A stretch of DNA of 64,000 nucleotides from an uncultured delta proteobacterium (GTDB lineage Bacteria; Desulfobacterota; BSN033; UBA1163), in assembly GCA_963826305.1 (NCBI GenBank), contig CAWGWZ010000002.1:83412-147411 (forward strand), read 5' to 3'. Of the stretch, positions 63,681 through 64,000 are shown in pieces (position 1 is the stretch's first letter; each line of letters begins with the position of its first letter). The translations under genes were made by a program, and so were the position numbers. The notes under the pieces were generated by a model, which searched no databases, was not told the origin of the DNA, and saw only the letters and a list, made by a program, of their open reading frames with translations.

Positions 63681-64000
63681 TCACCTCTTTCTCTTCTCCA
63701 GCTTCGACAGGTTAGAGAGGATGGCAGGAAAGCACTTCACCGCTTCCTGCATCATTTCTAAACTGATCCTTTCCCTACTCGTGTGCGAATATTTTGACTC
63801 GCCTGGAGAAAATCCAACGATCGGTATTCCCTCGTCCGCGAAATATCCACAATCCGTTGCCCCTTGCCACCAACGGATTTCCACCTCCCTCTTGAGAACC
63901 GTTCTTACAGCCTCTGCTACGGCCTCAACTTCCGGATGGCCTCTATCCACTGAAAAGGGTAATTTTCTGCGCTTCATCCGTAGGGTAAGGCCTGTGTAAG
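63681..64000 (-). CDS. M20-family peptidase/deacylase (ArgE/DapE-like), C-terminal part; the gene continues beyond the window
   Basis: GATDCGYFADEGIPIVGFSPG....HTSRERISL matches the M20 C-terminal motif. The frame is open to the window edge. Confidence 0.7.
   Translation of the reverse strand, partial: YTGLTLRMKRRKLPFSVDRGHPEVEAVAEAVRTVLKREVEIRWWQGATDCGYFADEGIPIVGFSPGESKYSHTSRERISLEMMQEAVKCFPAILSNLSKLEKRKR

Overview
Gene-dense bacterial chromosomal window. Most genes lie in long minus-strand operons, and the gene content looks like an uncultured anaerobe. No rRNA, tRNA or CRISPR array was seen. Layout: (i) 1-12.4 kb is housekeeping: a stand-alone Lrp/AsnC RAM-domain protein, a 30-aa bS22-like basic peptide, an M50 site-2 protease, a radical-SAM / PD-(D/E)xK-like / PolX operon, a lytic transglycosylase, an MFS transporter, an ACT protein with a PaaK-like ligase, and PriA. 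(ii) 12.6-25.95 kb is an accessory/defence island. It holds a minimal nucleotidyltransferase pair, a single-chain type IIG restriction-modification enzyme, an orphan HEPN-like 506-aa protein, a degenerate HNH-like 328-aa protein, a DUF433 remnant, several unknown cassettes, a DUF4258/YgiT toxin-antitoxin pair, Fic, an RHH-PIN pair split from its promoter by an IS, and a Cys-rich Zn-ribbon gene. (iii) 26-39.5 kb is a GntR-associated catabolic/transport cluster: dehydrogenases, a UPF0261 protein, a Liv-type ABC transporter, a creatininase-family protein and a DapA-family protein. (iv) 39.5-45.3 kb holds a fused membrane/spermidine-synthase-like protein, repeat-rich spacers and an IS4-family element with a 9-bp target duplication. 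(v) 45.3-64 kb is one long minus-strand cluster: a UGSC-like selenoprotein with in-frame TGA, an acyl-CoA ligase and dehydrogenase, a Pot-type ABC transporter, a divergent urocanase paralogue, aconitase X, a three-subunit 2-oxoacid:ferredoxin oxidoreductase, a second PaaK-like ligase, a 2-hydroxyacid dehydrogenase, PrpD/MmgE and an M20 peptidase. Most interesting observations: a ~22-bp direct-repeat motif confined to the island that marks every module junction, giving a cassette-array-like layout with no recombinase in view; the RM-adjacent HEPN-like plus HNH-like orphan pair; the in-frame-TGA selenoprotein with a hairpin just downstream; an IS sitting exactly between the -10 box and the RBS of the RHH-PIN operon; nested-palindrome miniature elements; and a 178-nt structured intergenic element. 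All family calls come from motif recognition by eye, with no database search.
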